Shown here in pieces: positions 27,294 to 40,630 of a stretch of DNA of 64,000 nucleotides. The position numbers were made by a program, and so were the translations under genes. The stretch spans positions 12,360,184 through 12,424,183 of the forward strand of contig MU058844.1 of NCBI GenBank assembly GCA_013265495.1. Reading direction: 5' to 3'. The DNA comes from Vicugna vicugna (lineage: Eukaryota). Under the pieces are notes generated by a model. It saw only the letters and a program-made list of their open reading frames with translations. It ran no database searches and was not told where the DNA came from. Numbering within the stretch: the first letter of the stretch is position 1; every line of letters begins with the position of its first letter.

Positions 27294-29984
27294 AGAAATT
27301 TCTAAATGTGAAATTGGGTGACTTAACAATATGAAATGTAAACTAGAGGTAAGAATTTAAAAATTCTTAGGGAGGGGGTTCAAAAGTAGGGTTATGCAAT
27401 AAGAGAGAGAACAAACCCGTAAGTGTTTAGTCCTTTGGTTGGATTAATAAATATGTAAGTCAAATACTTGACAACTTTCATCCTTATTTAAAAACTAAAT
27501 ACGGTGAAACATTTAAACTTCTCAGAGAATTCCCTGGGTTAGCTACTTAATACTTTTATCTCTTCACATATTCATTCATTCATTCAACATTTATTGAACC
27601 CTTACTACAGGCTAGGACCTTATAGAAATTTAAAAATTACTAAGAGAATGATATTTTCCAATCATAAAGTACACACATACATACACATACACTGTAATTA
27701 TATTCCTGTGTCTATTTATAAAAAATATAAAACATGCATTGATCTAATTAGCCAGCTGGGGAAGTAGGCAGGATAATAGTGTGTGGCTTAGCACGTTCCC
27801 TACCTAGGAGAGAAAGCTTTGGAGCTGCCACTTCCCTGGGGGAGACGCTGTCACAAATGCCTTTCTGGGAGGGATTAAGAAAACCAGAGCAGCTGAGACC
27901 CATTTTCAAATATAAAACTGGCATGAAAGGCTTTACATGAATGACTAAAACTTGAGTTCAGACAAGCTGGAAGAGCCTAAGAAGAGGGTGCATTATTCTT
28001 GGTGTTAAACCAAAGAAAATTGATTAGATCACAAATAGGTGGGTTTAACTTCTGGTTCTTTAAGCCAAGGAAAATGAAAAACAAAGATCTGCACCCTTAT
28101 TTATCAGTCTACTTGTACATCATCGTCAAAAGAAGATAAGAATGGAAGGTTATATGAAATGCCAAAGGCTGAAATAAAATAAATCAATACTGTGATTTGG
28201 GTTAAAATTTTTCACTTGCCAAAATTTTAGATAACTTCTGGTGTATCTCATTTTTGAAGTTTAAAAGATGAGTAACTTTTTGCTCAGACTACAGGTAGTA
28301 TCTGCCACTTTCTATTCCTTTGTCATTGCCCACTGAGAGCAGCCCTTCACTGGTTAAGCAGTACTTTTTATTGAGCATCTTCATAAACAAGAAGAGTTTA
28401 GTCAACTTACAACAGGTTCTTATGCTATATTCTTAGATATCAAAGTTTTGTGGTCCTTTGTCTAAATTTAAGTTACAGTCAAATGAGGTTGTAAAAGGTC
28501 CTAGGAGTGGGGTCAAATTAAGGTGAAAATGATGAGACAGTCCTATTGTATTTTCCATCTCTCTACAAAGATAATCAAATGATGACAGTGATGATTATTA
28601 AGCTTCTAGACACGGCACCTATGAAACAGCACTTTGATATTTCTAAAGTGTCCATTTCTAAAACAAATATAGAAATGCAGCAATAATCACAAGCACTTTC
28701 CACCGTCACATTGCAGAAATGTATTGAATTAGTAAAAATAAGGAAAAACAGTACACTTCTTAACAGTTCACAGCCAGCAATGCTTGTTCATTAACCCTTT
28801 GCTGATTTTTGCCAAATACAGCCTTTTACTGAGCCTAGTACCGATTTCACATGGTATGAACACCAGAGAACTACAGGTATCCTTTAAATGTCACAACTTA
28901 AGGTTCCAAATAAAAAGCCAGTTCTAAATCACACTCATTTCATTTACTGAGAGAAATTATCAATCCAATGTGTTTTTTTTGATGGTAGTAACATGTAATT
29001 CTCATAGCCTCTAAATTTTTCTTCTGCTAAGAAACCAAAGAAACATTCTCACTCCTTAAGGAAGTGGAATTATTGCTGTTGGAGGCCGTAGAAAACCTAT
29101 TCTCTCCTCCTTTTCCCTGTGGGTTCTGAGCAACTTGAAAAACAGATAAAGGAGCCTAGATGGGGATCAAAATAAACCACTGAATGGATGTAGCACTCTC
29201 TGGGACTGGCTACATTAGAGTCGTAATAAAGCTCCCTAGTATTCACCCAACTCTTTCCCCAAATTTAGACTTTGGGCTCTGTCTTGGGGGAAGGCTGAAG
29301 CTCCAGAGCTCTTCTAGCCAAACACCTCTGTGGAGCATCACAGACTGTAATCCCCGCTGTGGTAATGCCAGGGACAGGTGTGCCTGGTGACTTCACCCAC
29401 TGATTACCACGAGCCAAGGAGTGATTCCTGACCCCGTCTCACTAATCAGTATGTCATACAGAAAGAAATCTGGGAGTAACAGAGAGAAAAATCAAGATAT
29501 TTTTCCTTTCAATACTGCCCTCCTTTCAGAGTTTAGGGTGCAGGTCTCTCAAGAAAATCAAAGCAAACTTGACTAAGTATTTCCCTTGAAGCTAACTTTG
29601 TGGAATTTGATTACAATGCTTTCATATTACTCATGTTCTTTAAAAAAAAAATAAAGAATCCTCTTATTTTGTCACAATACCTTCCAAAATTAATAGATTA
29701 CACAAGATCGTTTGGCCATTTTCCCTCTCTCCCCACCAGTGAAAGTCACTAACTATTATAAAAACATCAGCCATCTGCTCTACTGACTTGATAGAAAGTC
29801 ATCACAGGATGTGCAAATTTTACCAAGTGCATCACTTAGGATGTGCACTTGAATATTTGTCTGGTGAGAACCTTTGTCTGCTCAGCGGCAGCTGAGATGA
29901 TTCTGAGAGATACCGGCCCACACGGTAACACTGGAGGAAGCTCCAACAAGGTTCCTTCCTGCACGGAGTCACCCGCCACATGGC

Positions 29985-31130
29985 AGGCAGTGTTCAAAGC
30001 ACTGGGGCAACAGGCAAGGCCCTGCTCTCAGAGACTTCCATTCTGGAAGGTGGTTATAGACAATAGCGAAAGGAACACATAAGTGGGATAAGTTGGTGTA
30101 GTGGTGAGTATAACGGAAAACACTACATGCACTCGATGTGTTAGCAGAGATCGCCAACCAGAGACAGGAGAAGGGGAGGACTGTGCAGTAGGTGGTCAAG
30201 AAAGGCTCTCTAAGGAGAAACCATTTGAGCTGAGAGCTAAATGGAAAGGAACCAGCCAGACCTGAAAGGGAGCATGTTAAAGGTCGCAAGATGCCAAGGT
30301 CCAGAAATGAGAAGCTATGGTTTCAGTTTTAAAGACCCAGCCTATTGCATTCCAAGAAATTTGCTCTATAAGATGTTACCATACAGTCAAACAGCTTACT
30401 CCTTTGTAAATAACACATGGTAAACCAGTGGGAAATGGCAAAAGACTAATGATGAATCCTGCAGTGTTTATCCACAGTGAGGGGTGAGTGAGTAAACATA
30501 TACCCAGTGCCTACTAAACGCTGGGCACTGACCATGATTGTTTTATATTTTGCTTACTTTGAACAAATACATCCATTGTTAGTTCAGCAAATCTGTATCG
30601 AGTCCCTCTATGTGCCAGGCACTGGACCTGGCATTTGATTTCATTATGAACCTGACACAGGACTCCCTGCAGGGCACTTATGCTCGATTGAGGGAAGGTG
30701 ACAATTGAAAAAGAAATTGTGACACAGCTTGATCAGTGCCATCACATGAGTCCAACGGGCACTACAGGTGCACATGGAGATGCTCTCAGGCTACCTGGGG
30801 AAGAGGGTTAGGAAGGTCTTCCCAGACGAAGTGCCACTTAAGATTTTACAGACGTGCCAGAAATAGCTAGACCACGTGCCTAGAGAAAAAAGAGGTTAAG
30901 GAATTACACGTTCTTCTCCAGGGATGGAGCCATAGAAAGTGAAAAAAAAAACTGTTAGGAGATAAGACTCCAGGATCAGCAGTGGTGGATCAAACAGACC
31001 CCTATATGCTGAGCTAAGGCTTTATGTAGAGGCAACAGGGAACCATAAAAGAGCTTTAAGCAGGGGAATGACATGACAGACTTGTGAGTTTAAAAAAAAA
31101 AATCTCTCTAGCTTCAGAGTGGAGGTTCCA
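29985..31130 (-). mobile_element. L2 fragments
   Basis: 'gtggtcaagaaaggctctctaaggaga...tttgagctgagagc'; 'ttcagcaaatctgtatcgagtccctctatgtgccaggcactgg'; 'ttaagcaggggaatgacatgacaga'. Confidence 0.55.
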
Positions 31131-32139
31131 AGGTGGGGAGGAAGAAAAGCAGGTTGAACACAAAGTGAACATAACTCATTCAAGTAGTTTGCTAGGAAAA
31201 TTTGAAAGCCTCTGCTGAGCTGGATTTCTGCCCAAATCTCACAGTGCAGTGCATTAAATGAGCTTAAGGTTTACCTATAAACCTCATTCACATTTTTAAT
31301 ACTCAGGTGGTGAATTTAATCGCATAAGGTTGTATTGTATTACTTACTTCATGCTCTTTTGAAATGTGAGTTTTTCACTGAGTCAGTGCGGCCATCCCAC
31401 TTAGCTCAGGAAAACACGTCAATCCTTACGCCCCTCAAAACTGCCTTTAACACGCATGGCATCAGATTTTTCTAGGTGATGTAAAATTAAATCATGACTC
31501 TTTACAATGTATTCTAATCAGCTACTCCATTAACTGTTTTCAGATGCTAATCAGCTCAACTTCAAATGAACAGTTACATATTCAGCTTGCTCCATGAATT
31601 CTATGAATGCATTTACCATTACGAGTTATAATTATATTACTTTCAGAGTCATTTACAGCAATTGAACAAACTAAGAAGAATTCTAAGGTTCCTGTGTGAC
31701 AGTGCAATTAAACAATATGAACTGTAAGACTCTTGAATCATATTCAAAAATTTACTTCTGATGTAATTTCTGAGAAATGGTATTTTTGGAAATATAGACA
31801 TCATTCAGGTTAAGACTTTATGATTTTAAGTCATGGTCCATCAAGCAAAATCATCAGATAACATATTATATTTTGCTATATGGTAAATTAAATACATCTC
31901 TAACAGAGAGTAATCTACTTTTGCAGCAGGGAGGCAAATGGAAATGTCGGCAGCAGAAAGATTCCTTGGGTAAAGCTAATCAATACCTTTACAACATCTA
32001 CTATGTGCCAGGAACTGCACTAAGGACTTCATGTACTTTGACCGATGTCATGTATTTCGTTTGAATACTGGACAGAAGAACCCACCTTCTTCTAGTCAGA
32101 ATCCTTCAATCTCAGGTAGTTAGGTAGTTATAAAAGAGA

Positions 32140-33080
32140 CTACAACATTATTGCAATTACCCACCACTGTACAGCACACCACCCTCAAAACTTCAGGGGC
32201 TTAACATAACAGCCCCCACTGATTATTCTTCATGATTCTGTGGGCTGACCGGGCAGTTCTGCCTCCGTGGTGATGGCTGGGGCACCGGGTTAGCTGGAAG
32301 GGCTACAGTGACCTAACTCACATGGCAGGAAGATGGTGTTGGCTGCTTGCTGGGAGCTCAGATGGGAGTGTTGGCCAGAGGCGTTGATTCTTCTCCATGG
32401 AGACCTCTCTACAGGGTTGCCTGGACTTCCTCACAGTAAAGCAATTGGGTTTCAAGAAGAGGAATTCAAAGAGCAAACATTTCAGGAATATAAGCCCACC
32501 ATGCAAACGTTCTTGAGGTGGATAGCATAAAGACCCCCAGAAAGATACCCATGCTCTAACCTTAAACCTGTGCATATGTTATCAAAAGGGACTGTGCAGG
32601 CGTGATTAAATTAGTGAAGTGGGAAGATTAGCTTGGATTATTCAAAAGGCCCTAATGTAATGACAAGAGTTCTTACAAGAAGGACACCAGAGTAAGAGAA
32701 ATTTGAAAATGTTATACTGATGGCTTCAAAAATGAAGGAAGGGGCCGCGAGCCAAGGAATGCAGGTGGCCTCTAACACTGGACAAGGCAAGGAGATAAGA
32801 CTCTCCCCTAGAGCCTCTGGAAGGAATGTGGTCCTGTTAACATCTTGATTTTTAGCCCAGTGAGACTTCTGACCTAAAGAATTAAAAGATAGTAAGTTCA
32901 TTTTGTTTTAAGTCAACAAATTTGTGTAATTTGTTAAAATGGCAATAGGAAACAAATACATTTGTCAAGCCTCTGTTTTTATTCCATTTGTTAATATCCC
33001 ATGGCTAAAGGCCAGGGTCATTGGACTAAATTCATGAAGGCATGATTCATTGTGACAGTTCACCACCAAAGTAACAATCC
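32140..33080 (-). mobile_element. MLT1-type LTR (outer, interrupted)
   Basis: 'cctcaaaacttcaggggcttaacataacag...ttcatgattctgtgggctgacc...ctcacatggcaggaagatggtgttggctg'; resumes 'tcaagcctctg...aatatcccatggctaaagg' after the inner LTR. Confidence 0.65.
32514..32960 (+). mobile_element. MLT1C/D-type LTR nested in an older MLT1
   Basis: 'tgaggtggatagcataaagaccccc...gagccaaggaatgcaggtggcctcta...ctctccctagagcctc...ggcaataggaaacaaataca'. Confidence 0.75.
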
Positions 33081-33112
33081 AATACCCATACCATTTCCTT
33101 CAAAATATTTTC

Positions 33113-33684
33113 TGTGATTTAGTTTTCTGTTGCCACTGTAACAAATTACCACCAACTCAGTGACTTACAATAACACAAATTCATTATCTCAGTCACTGTG
33201 TGGCGTAAGTCTCACATGGGTTTTACTAAACTAAAACCAGTGTTGGCAGGGCTGGACTCCTTACTCAGAGAAGAATCCAGTTTCCAAGCTCATTCATGTT
33301 GTTGGCTGAGTTCAATTCCTCGGGGTTGTAAGACTAAGATCCCTGTTTCTCTACAGGTTGTCGACCAGGAATGGTCCTGAAAGCTTCTCTTCAGTCCTCA
33401 CATGTGATCCCTTAGATCTCAGAATGACCAATAGTGCATCGAATCCTTCTCACACTTGGGATTCTCTGACTTGTCTTTCCACCGCATCTTCCTCTAGCTG
33501 GAGAAAGTTCTGTTTTTAAGATATCGTGTGATTCAACTGGACCCACCCACCAGAATCTCCTTATCTTAATTCCTATAACCTGAATTACCTCTGCAAAGCT
33601 CCTTTTGCCATATAACAAAATATATCATCAAACTCCAGAGATTAGGGCATGGACATCTTCAGGGAAATTATTCTGCTTACCACA
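33113..33684 (-). mobile_element. MLT1-type LTR
   Basis: 'tgtgattttagttttctgttgccactgtaacaaattaccacc...gattagggcatggacatcttcagggaaattattctgcttaccaca'. Confidence 0.75.
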
Positions 33685-35070
33685 GTTTTCCACAACCAGA
33701 ATCTTTATGCTGAAGAGAGGTCAGAAGTGCAGCATTGATCTACTCTGTACCCCTGTCTAGGAATGAGCCCTCAAAGGCACAATTAGCACAGATAAACTCA
33801 TCATCATCCGCTGTTCACTGGCTCCAACAGCATCTCCAGGAGACAATTTATGTGAGATGTTACTCCTCCAAAATTAGTCACAGTTGGGTATTTCATAACC
33901 AGTTCTGCTCCATCGTTAAAGGGCAAGGCTTCTCAAAAGAGCAACAATACTATTTTTTGAAATAACCAAATAAACTCTCTTCCCTTAATAGTGGAGAATA
34001 ATAACTCAAAAATCAAGCGATTCAAAATGATCTCATGACATCATATGGCAAACTGTGTACCTACAGTGGTGGTTGCATCTTCACACCCCTCTGAATCCTC
34101 CAAAGATATTGGACATTTTGTTCAATATTCTGAATCTGCTAGTGGTTTCTTCATTGATAAGAGCAATGCAATTTGAGCATTTGGGGTGAATGTGATTATC
34201 CTATGTTATTAACATGAGAAAAGTCTCTTACTTACAGATACACAGAAAGTAAGAGGGATATGTAGGTAGAGGTTCCGCTATATTTTTAAAAATCCAAATG
34301 CCTTACTGATTCATCTCAAAAATTAATTTTTAAAATACTGTACTGGATAGTTAAGGACAATCATGATAAAACAAAGCCGCAAGAATTAAGCTAAGAAATG
34401 CTGAGACAGCCCAAGTTAGTGAAGACAATTTTATCCTAACATTTTTATTAATTGTTATTCAGCTAGAAAAGAAATCTATGACTGAGCTGCTGGGAGGAAA
34501 GGACACTTTATACTTATTTATTATCCATGATGCAAATTTAAACTCTGTTCCTCCAGGGAAAATTTCACAGTGCTGCCCCTGCCATCAACAATGGCTTGGG
34601 GAATATTAGAACCACTTGCAAAGAAGTACGTTTAGAAGCTTTTAGTCCAGCTTTATACAGTGAGGTGGAAGGGAGCCTCCTTCTGGTCAATTAAAGAGAA
34701 GAGAATTTTGTTTTTCACTGAAAGTTCTTTACCTGTTTTACAGCTGGAAATGCAACCAACTTCTCTTGTTAAAAAAGATTTTGCAGTATTAATAGAAGAA
34801 AAGCAAAGAAAAGGATCACTCTGTACTACCTTAGCAGAAATGTAAAGGAAGTTCTGCACTATTTCAATTACTAGATAATCATTTTACAAAGCAGTCAAAT
34901 TCCAAAGATAACTCAGCCTACACAGTAAATATGTTCTCAAGTTACGGGTAGACTTAGGACAAATCCTATAGGCTAAATAACTTGAAAGTGAATTTTGTAA
35001 ATGACCTTTTGTTTACTAAAATATTCATTAATTTAATGTAGCCTTGATGTAGACTTCTAATATATTTTTT

Positions 35071-35177
35071 AAAACTATGGAACACTTCACAAATTTACAT
35101 GTCATCTTTGCACCAGGACCATGCTAATCTTCAACGTATCATTTTAACTTTAGTATATGGGCTGCCGAAGCGAGCAC
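35071..35177 (-). pseudogene. RNU6: Full-length U6 snRNA processed pseudogene
   Basis: Reverse complement GTGCTCGCTTCGGCAGCCCATATACTAAAGTTAAAATGATACGTTGAAGATTAGCATGGTCCTGGTGCAAAGATGACATGTAAATTTGTGAAGTGTTCCATAGTTTT aligns end to end with U6; ACAGAGA box mutated; short A tail; TSD tag(a/g)cttctaatat at 35050-35063 and 35178-35191. Confidence 0.95.
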
Positions 35178-35311
35178 TAGGCTTCTAATATTTATTATAA
35201 TAAATGTACTATAGAAACATAAATCCTGATTCATATATTTTAATTTACAAATATATCAGTTTGATTCATGGAGTCATTTTTCTGTCCAATCACATTAAAT
35301 TACATTAATAG

Positions 35312-35621
35312 ACTCACAGACATAGAAAACAAACTTGTGGTTATGCGGGAAGGGGGAAAGGGGTTGGAAAGGATAAATTAGGAGTTCAAGATTTGTAAAT
35401 ATTAACTACTATATATAAAATAAACAAATTTCTTCTGTATAGCACAGGGAACTACATTTATTATCTTGTAGTAACCTATAATGAAAAAGAACATGAAAAG
35501 GAATATATGTATGTGTATGTATGACTGAAACATTATGCTGTATACCAGAAATTGACACAACATTGTAAACTGACCATACCTCAATAAAAAATAAAATAAA
35601 ATAAAATAAAATAAAATAAAA
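35312..35621 (+). mobile_element. Lineage-specific L1 3' UTR fragment with (AAAAT)n tail
   Basis: 'actcacagacatagaaaacaaacttgtgg...gtatagcacagggaactac...gaaattgacacaacattgtaaactg'; TSD taaattacat(ta/cc)atag at 35296-35311 and 35622-35637. Confidence 0.88.
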
Positions 35622-38600
35622 TAAATTACATCCATAGCCAAATCCCTGAAATAAATTATGAGCTCATTCAGGAAACATTCTGCCAAGAGAGTATTTGGCA
35701 TACATTAGGCAGTCAGTAAATACTGAAAATAATAAACATGTATTCTGTCAAGGTGTACACAGTCTAGAATTCCAACCATGTGTAAATCTCCAATTGAAAT
35801 GTTCACAACAGTCCACTCAGTCCCTTATCCAACACACCTGAGACTTGCTTCCTCTTCCATTAACTGAAATGCATTCTGGAGATAGACATTAATTACCATT
35901 AATCTAGCTTACTATGAAAGTAAAGCAGGGCTATCCCCTGTGTACTCTGAGACCGTATAATGATTTTAGAGTCACTGAATTCCTTTTTCCCTCCGTTTGT
36001 GCTGATATTGAACTGCATGTCATTATGTAGAAATAATCACTTGTCAAGAATTATCAGGGCGGATGAGGTTCCAATGAGTCCTTTGACATAACCTAGGAAG
36101 GCTTCCTGAATTTCTCATTCACAGATATTGAATGTTGGGTCAGGGCTGGAGGGGAGGTCCCTGGGCCTGACACTATGCTAGGCAATAGGTATACAGACAT
36201 GAAAAGAGACGTGGTTCCTGACCTCAAGAAGTTGATAATCTAGACAGAAGTTTAAACTCATCAGTGCAACAAAGTAGAAAACTAAGTGCTGATACAGAAA
36301 GAATGAAATCACAAATGAGGAAGTCGTCAGTTCAGTTAGGTCTAGGGGGAGAAAAACTGGAAAAAAGCTCTCCCTCCATAGCTGAGCACATCAGTTCCCT
36401 GCTGCCACAGGCATCTGAATGTCCCCATCTTCCTATGAGAGCTGTAGGAGATGCCAAGGAAAATTAAATGCAGGGAAAGAAGGCCTGAGACATCTTGAGA
36501 AGGACTCATAATCAAAGCAGGGTTTGCAACAGGCTACCCCTTATCCAATAGGCATAAACTTTCAGAAGCCAATAGCAAATACCAGAATGTAAGTTCCTAC
36601 TGGGACCCGCACGTGGGCACCCCATACTCATAGTGATAAGCTGCCTTACACTGTCGATATTTGTTTATTTGGTTTTCATTCCCCAGCATTAGGAATAATC
36701 AAGAGCTTGAGACTCTGACTCACCAGGGCCAAAGCCCCGCCACTTTCCTCAGCCAGTTCTCTAAAAAGAGTTGCATGTTCTATATAAAAACAATTCCTGG
36801 AGGTATGTTTCAAAGTCTCAAATTATCTGAGTTCAAGGGGCCAATGAGCTCCCTCTCTCATTCCTGCCTCCCTGGAGGCTACTCCCAGTCAGCTATGATC
36901 ACTGTCATGGTGACATGTCATCCCCAGCAAAGATTATGTCTCATACTTCTTTCTTGGTGTCCTCCATAGCCCCAGCCACAGGGCCTCGCAAGTAGCTCAT
37001 TACACAACTGATAAATGATGCTGATAATAACAAACACAGAACCTTGCCAAAGATGAGATTTTGCCATGTGTTAGAAGTTCTGTGACTAGTGTGGTTGGTG
37101 GACAGGATAGTCTATTAAATACATTCTATGCATTTTATATTTCCATTCTCTCTTCCCTACGGTACGGTAAATAAGAGAGGTAGGCTGACATATGTGTTCT
37201 TTACCTGTGCTGCTCATACAGAAATAGGGAGGCTCCTGTTGGTGCCAAATAAGGCATTTTATCCGCCTAACATAAGTCACCATATGGAGCAGGTTCTACC
37301 TGAGGCCTGCCTGGGTGAAGTCCAAGTCATCCTGAGACCTTATGTCCAATTTATCTAGGGCTCTGATTTACCAAAGAAGGTCCCAAGGTGCTGCCACAGA
37401 TGCCAGGCACAAGAGCCCTAACCTGTGTCCAAGAAGCAGAGGGATGTCTTTGCTCTCACTGGGCAACCACACTTCTGTTCCTTGCACCCCCTTCTGGGCC
37501 CAGAAAGCTCGTGTTTGTTGCAAGAGCATTTATTTGGAAAATTAAGGGACAAAGGGTTTGTTTGCTTTAATAAAAGCAAAGAACGAGCTCAATAATTTAT
37601 GAGAAGTTTTATTTGACTCCTGGGTCAGCGGTTTAATTTTGCATATGTTCTCATAAATGTAACCGCAGTGTTTTGAGTGAGGATCATCTTGTAAACTAAA
37701 TGTGCTGGCAGAGGAAAATCAGTTTGTGGCACCCAAGACGTTAGGGAAATTGGCAGCCATGGAAGGCACCTGAAAGACTTTCCTCCCCAGCCTCACAGCT
37801 AGCCACCAGAAAAGAAATACCCTTGTTCTAACACTCTCCTCTCAAATGGTGAGCTCTTCAGTCAATCGGCTACGTTCTGGGTAAATTTAATATCAAGAAG
37901 GAGAAGTAACACCAGCACTTATCCCAGAGCTACTGTGTTGAAGAAGAGTCTCACGTGACTTAGTAATCAGCCTCTCATGTCTCATGCATTCCTGAACACT
38001 GGCAAACAAATTAAATGGAGAAATTCCCTGGAGGTGAAGGTGGTGTGTACACACACATGAGCACATGCGTGAGTTCACATGTTTTGTCTTCAAGCAGCCA
38101 AGACCTACATGTTAAAACATAATTATGGGAACTTTAGAGCCTTACACGTTTGCCTCAACCTTACCAGGGATGGAAAATTCAACAGTGCAATCTCCATCTA
38201 AAGTTGTTACTATTAGATGCAAGTTGGTGTCGTCATGAAATTGACTCAAGAGAGCCTCTTTGTTTTTTATAAGCAATCCTGACCCTGGGGTTCCCTAACA
38301 TGACTATCAAAGGGTTATGATAAGACTCAATGGCTGGAGAGATGCATTTGTAATTGAGAGCTACTGGATGACACTGGGCTAGGCATATTATCTCTAACCC
38401 CTTTCCCATACTGCTGAAATCTTGCAGGACACATATTCTCACCTCAGTTTTACAGATCAGGAAAGTGAGCCTCAGAGAACTTAAAAAGTGGAAAAAATGA
38501 TGTGTGAACCTAAAATAAAAATTTGACTCCGTGGTCAAATTTTCCCACATAGGCATAACCACTGACTTTGTATACCTCTCGGACGACAGCCAGCCACCCA

Positions 38601-38800
38601 ATCTGATTTTCTAAGAAACTTTGTTCTTCTGGGTGGTTAATACTCTTGAGAGACAAGTACTATACTTATGGCTTCCCAGCTGGAAGTGGACGTGATCATT
38701 TACCCACTCTGCTGAGCTAGGACCAGAGGGCATCCCTCCCTGACCTGAGATATCAAGACGTTAGGAACAAGGTTTACACATCACACCAGAAATAAAGCTT

Positions 38801-38865
38801 TGGATGGATGGAAGGAAGGTAGGAAGGAAGGGAGAGAGAGAGAGAGAGGAGAGAGAAAGAAAGAA

Positions 38866-38944
<79 letters not shown>

Positions 38945-38971
38945 GAAGGAAGGAAGGAAGGAAGGAAGGAA

Positions 38972-39013
<42 letters not shown>

Positions 39014-39026
39014 GAAAGAAAGAAAA
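38801..39026 (+). repeat. Compound (GGAA)n/(GA)n/(GAAA)n microsatellite
   Basis: Directly visible near-pure purine tract. Confidence 0.97.
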
Positions 39027-39069
39027 CAAAAGCTTCTCTCGGCCACTCCTAAGAAAAAGCTGATGTCCA

Positions 39070-39600
39070 TCATTCATTCATTCATTCATTCAACAAACAT
39101 TCACAGAGGGACTCTTCTGTGCCAGGCACTGTATAGAATGTTGGACTTAAAATAATGAGTGTAAGATAGCACTCGCCCTCAAAACTCTCACAGTATGAAG
39201 GAGAAAGACCAGCAAAAGAGCAATTCTTATGCAGAGCGATAAAAGCTACTGTTGGAACAAACGAGATTACTGGGCACAGAGCAAGGACAACCACTTGTCA
39301 TGGAGTGTTTAGAACAACTTCCAAGCGAAAAATAGCATTCGGGCAGAGTCCTAAAGAACAAATTATAGTGAGCCTGGCTACTGAAGGGAGGCAGTTAGGA
39401 GTTTTCCAGGCAAAAAGGACAGGATGTACACAGATCTAAAAGAGAGAGCCTGCATGTCCCCAAACCTGCAAGCTCTCCGTGTTGCTAAAGGGGTAAAGGA
39501 GAGAAAATGATGACACTGGATAATTAAAAACAGAACAAAGCATGAAGGCCCTGGTGTGAAATGCTAGGATTTCATCCTAGAGGTAACAGGTTCCCTAAAC
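39070..39600 (-). mobile_element. L2 3' end with (CATT)n
   Basis: 'cattcattcattcattcattcaacaaacattc...tgtgccaggcactgt' typical L2 terminus. Confidence 0.65.
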
Positions 39601-39933
39601 AGACAGAACTGGATCCCTTAGCCATCCAAGTAGAGACTCGGGAAGCTAAGAACATTGCTCACCTGACCCATCTCGGGAGCAAAACACTGCACCTATAATG
39701 CTTGCCCCCAAGTGCTCCTCACTCAGCCATCAAGAGTGACTGTGGTGCTTCCCCCGCCTCAGGCAGCGATGTGATTCTCTCGCAGTCTCATGAATATTCA
39801 TGAGAAAACTGAGCAGACAAAAGCAGGGGAGGGCTGGTGCCAAAGAGGGTGTCATTCAATCATTCATTGCTCCATTCATTTGTTCAGTCACTCATTTAAT
39901 CCGGGCAATACAATCTTAAATCTGGGTCTAAAT

Positions 39934-40139
39934 CAGGGGCTGGCAGTCTGCAGCCTGTTAAGTCAAATGTGACCCACCATCTGTTTTGTACCTAAAGTTT
40001 TACTGGGACACAGCTATGCCTGTTTAGTTATGTACTGTCTGTGCCTGCTTTCACACTACAGCAGCAGAGGTAAGTATGGACCACAAGGCTGAAAATATAT
40101 GCTATCGGGCCCTTTTACAGAAAAAGTTTGCCAAACTCT
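39934..40139. mobile_element. MER58A-like hAT-Charlie element
   Basis: 'caggggctggc...tgttttgtacctaaagttttactgggacacagc...ggcccttttacagaaaaagtttgcca'. Confidence 0.75.
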
Positions 40140-40399
40140 TCGTGGTCGACTTAAATAGCGACTCTGCCATTTGGGCTCTGAACTTCAGTCTCCTCTTCTG
40201 TAAAGCAAAGATGGCAATAATGATGATTTAAATAATCTAGAGTTTATTTATTTATTAATTATTTAAAACAGATTTGAATAATTTTTATGTGCAAAGTACC
40301 AAACACAAAGTAAGCACTGAACAAATATTAGTTGCTAGTATTATTGTTAATTCCTTCATGAAATATTGCAGGAGCGATCGGGGGATGGGGGCAAGAACT

Positions 40400-40630
40400 A
40401 CACTGGGCATTGTGTCCAGTCTTCATGGCTGCTGGGCTGTTTGAGATGCCTGTTACGCAGGCACATAGGTAGTAGGGTACCCAGGAGTGGACTGTGCAGG
40501 AAGAGCTAGAGCTGGGTATATATACTTGGGAATCAATCACATATGACACATTTAAAACCACAGAACTGGATGGACTCACTGGGAAAAAGTGTATGTGGAA
40601 AGTAGAAAAGGGCCAGACACTAAATCCAGT
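40400..40630 (-). mobile_element. L2 fragment
   Basis: 'tttgagatgcctgtt...gagctagagctgggtatatatacttgggaatcaatcacata...ctggatggactcact'. Confidence 0.5.

Noticed and set aside
35071..35621. U6-L1 chimeric retrocopy
   Set aside because: The two parts are on opposite strands and have separate TSDs.
38774..39077. K/E/R-rich and F/L/S-rich ORFs
   Set aside because: They are translations of the (GAAA)n/(GGAA)n microsatellite.
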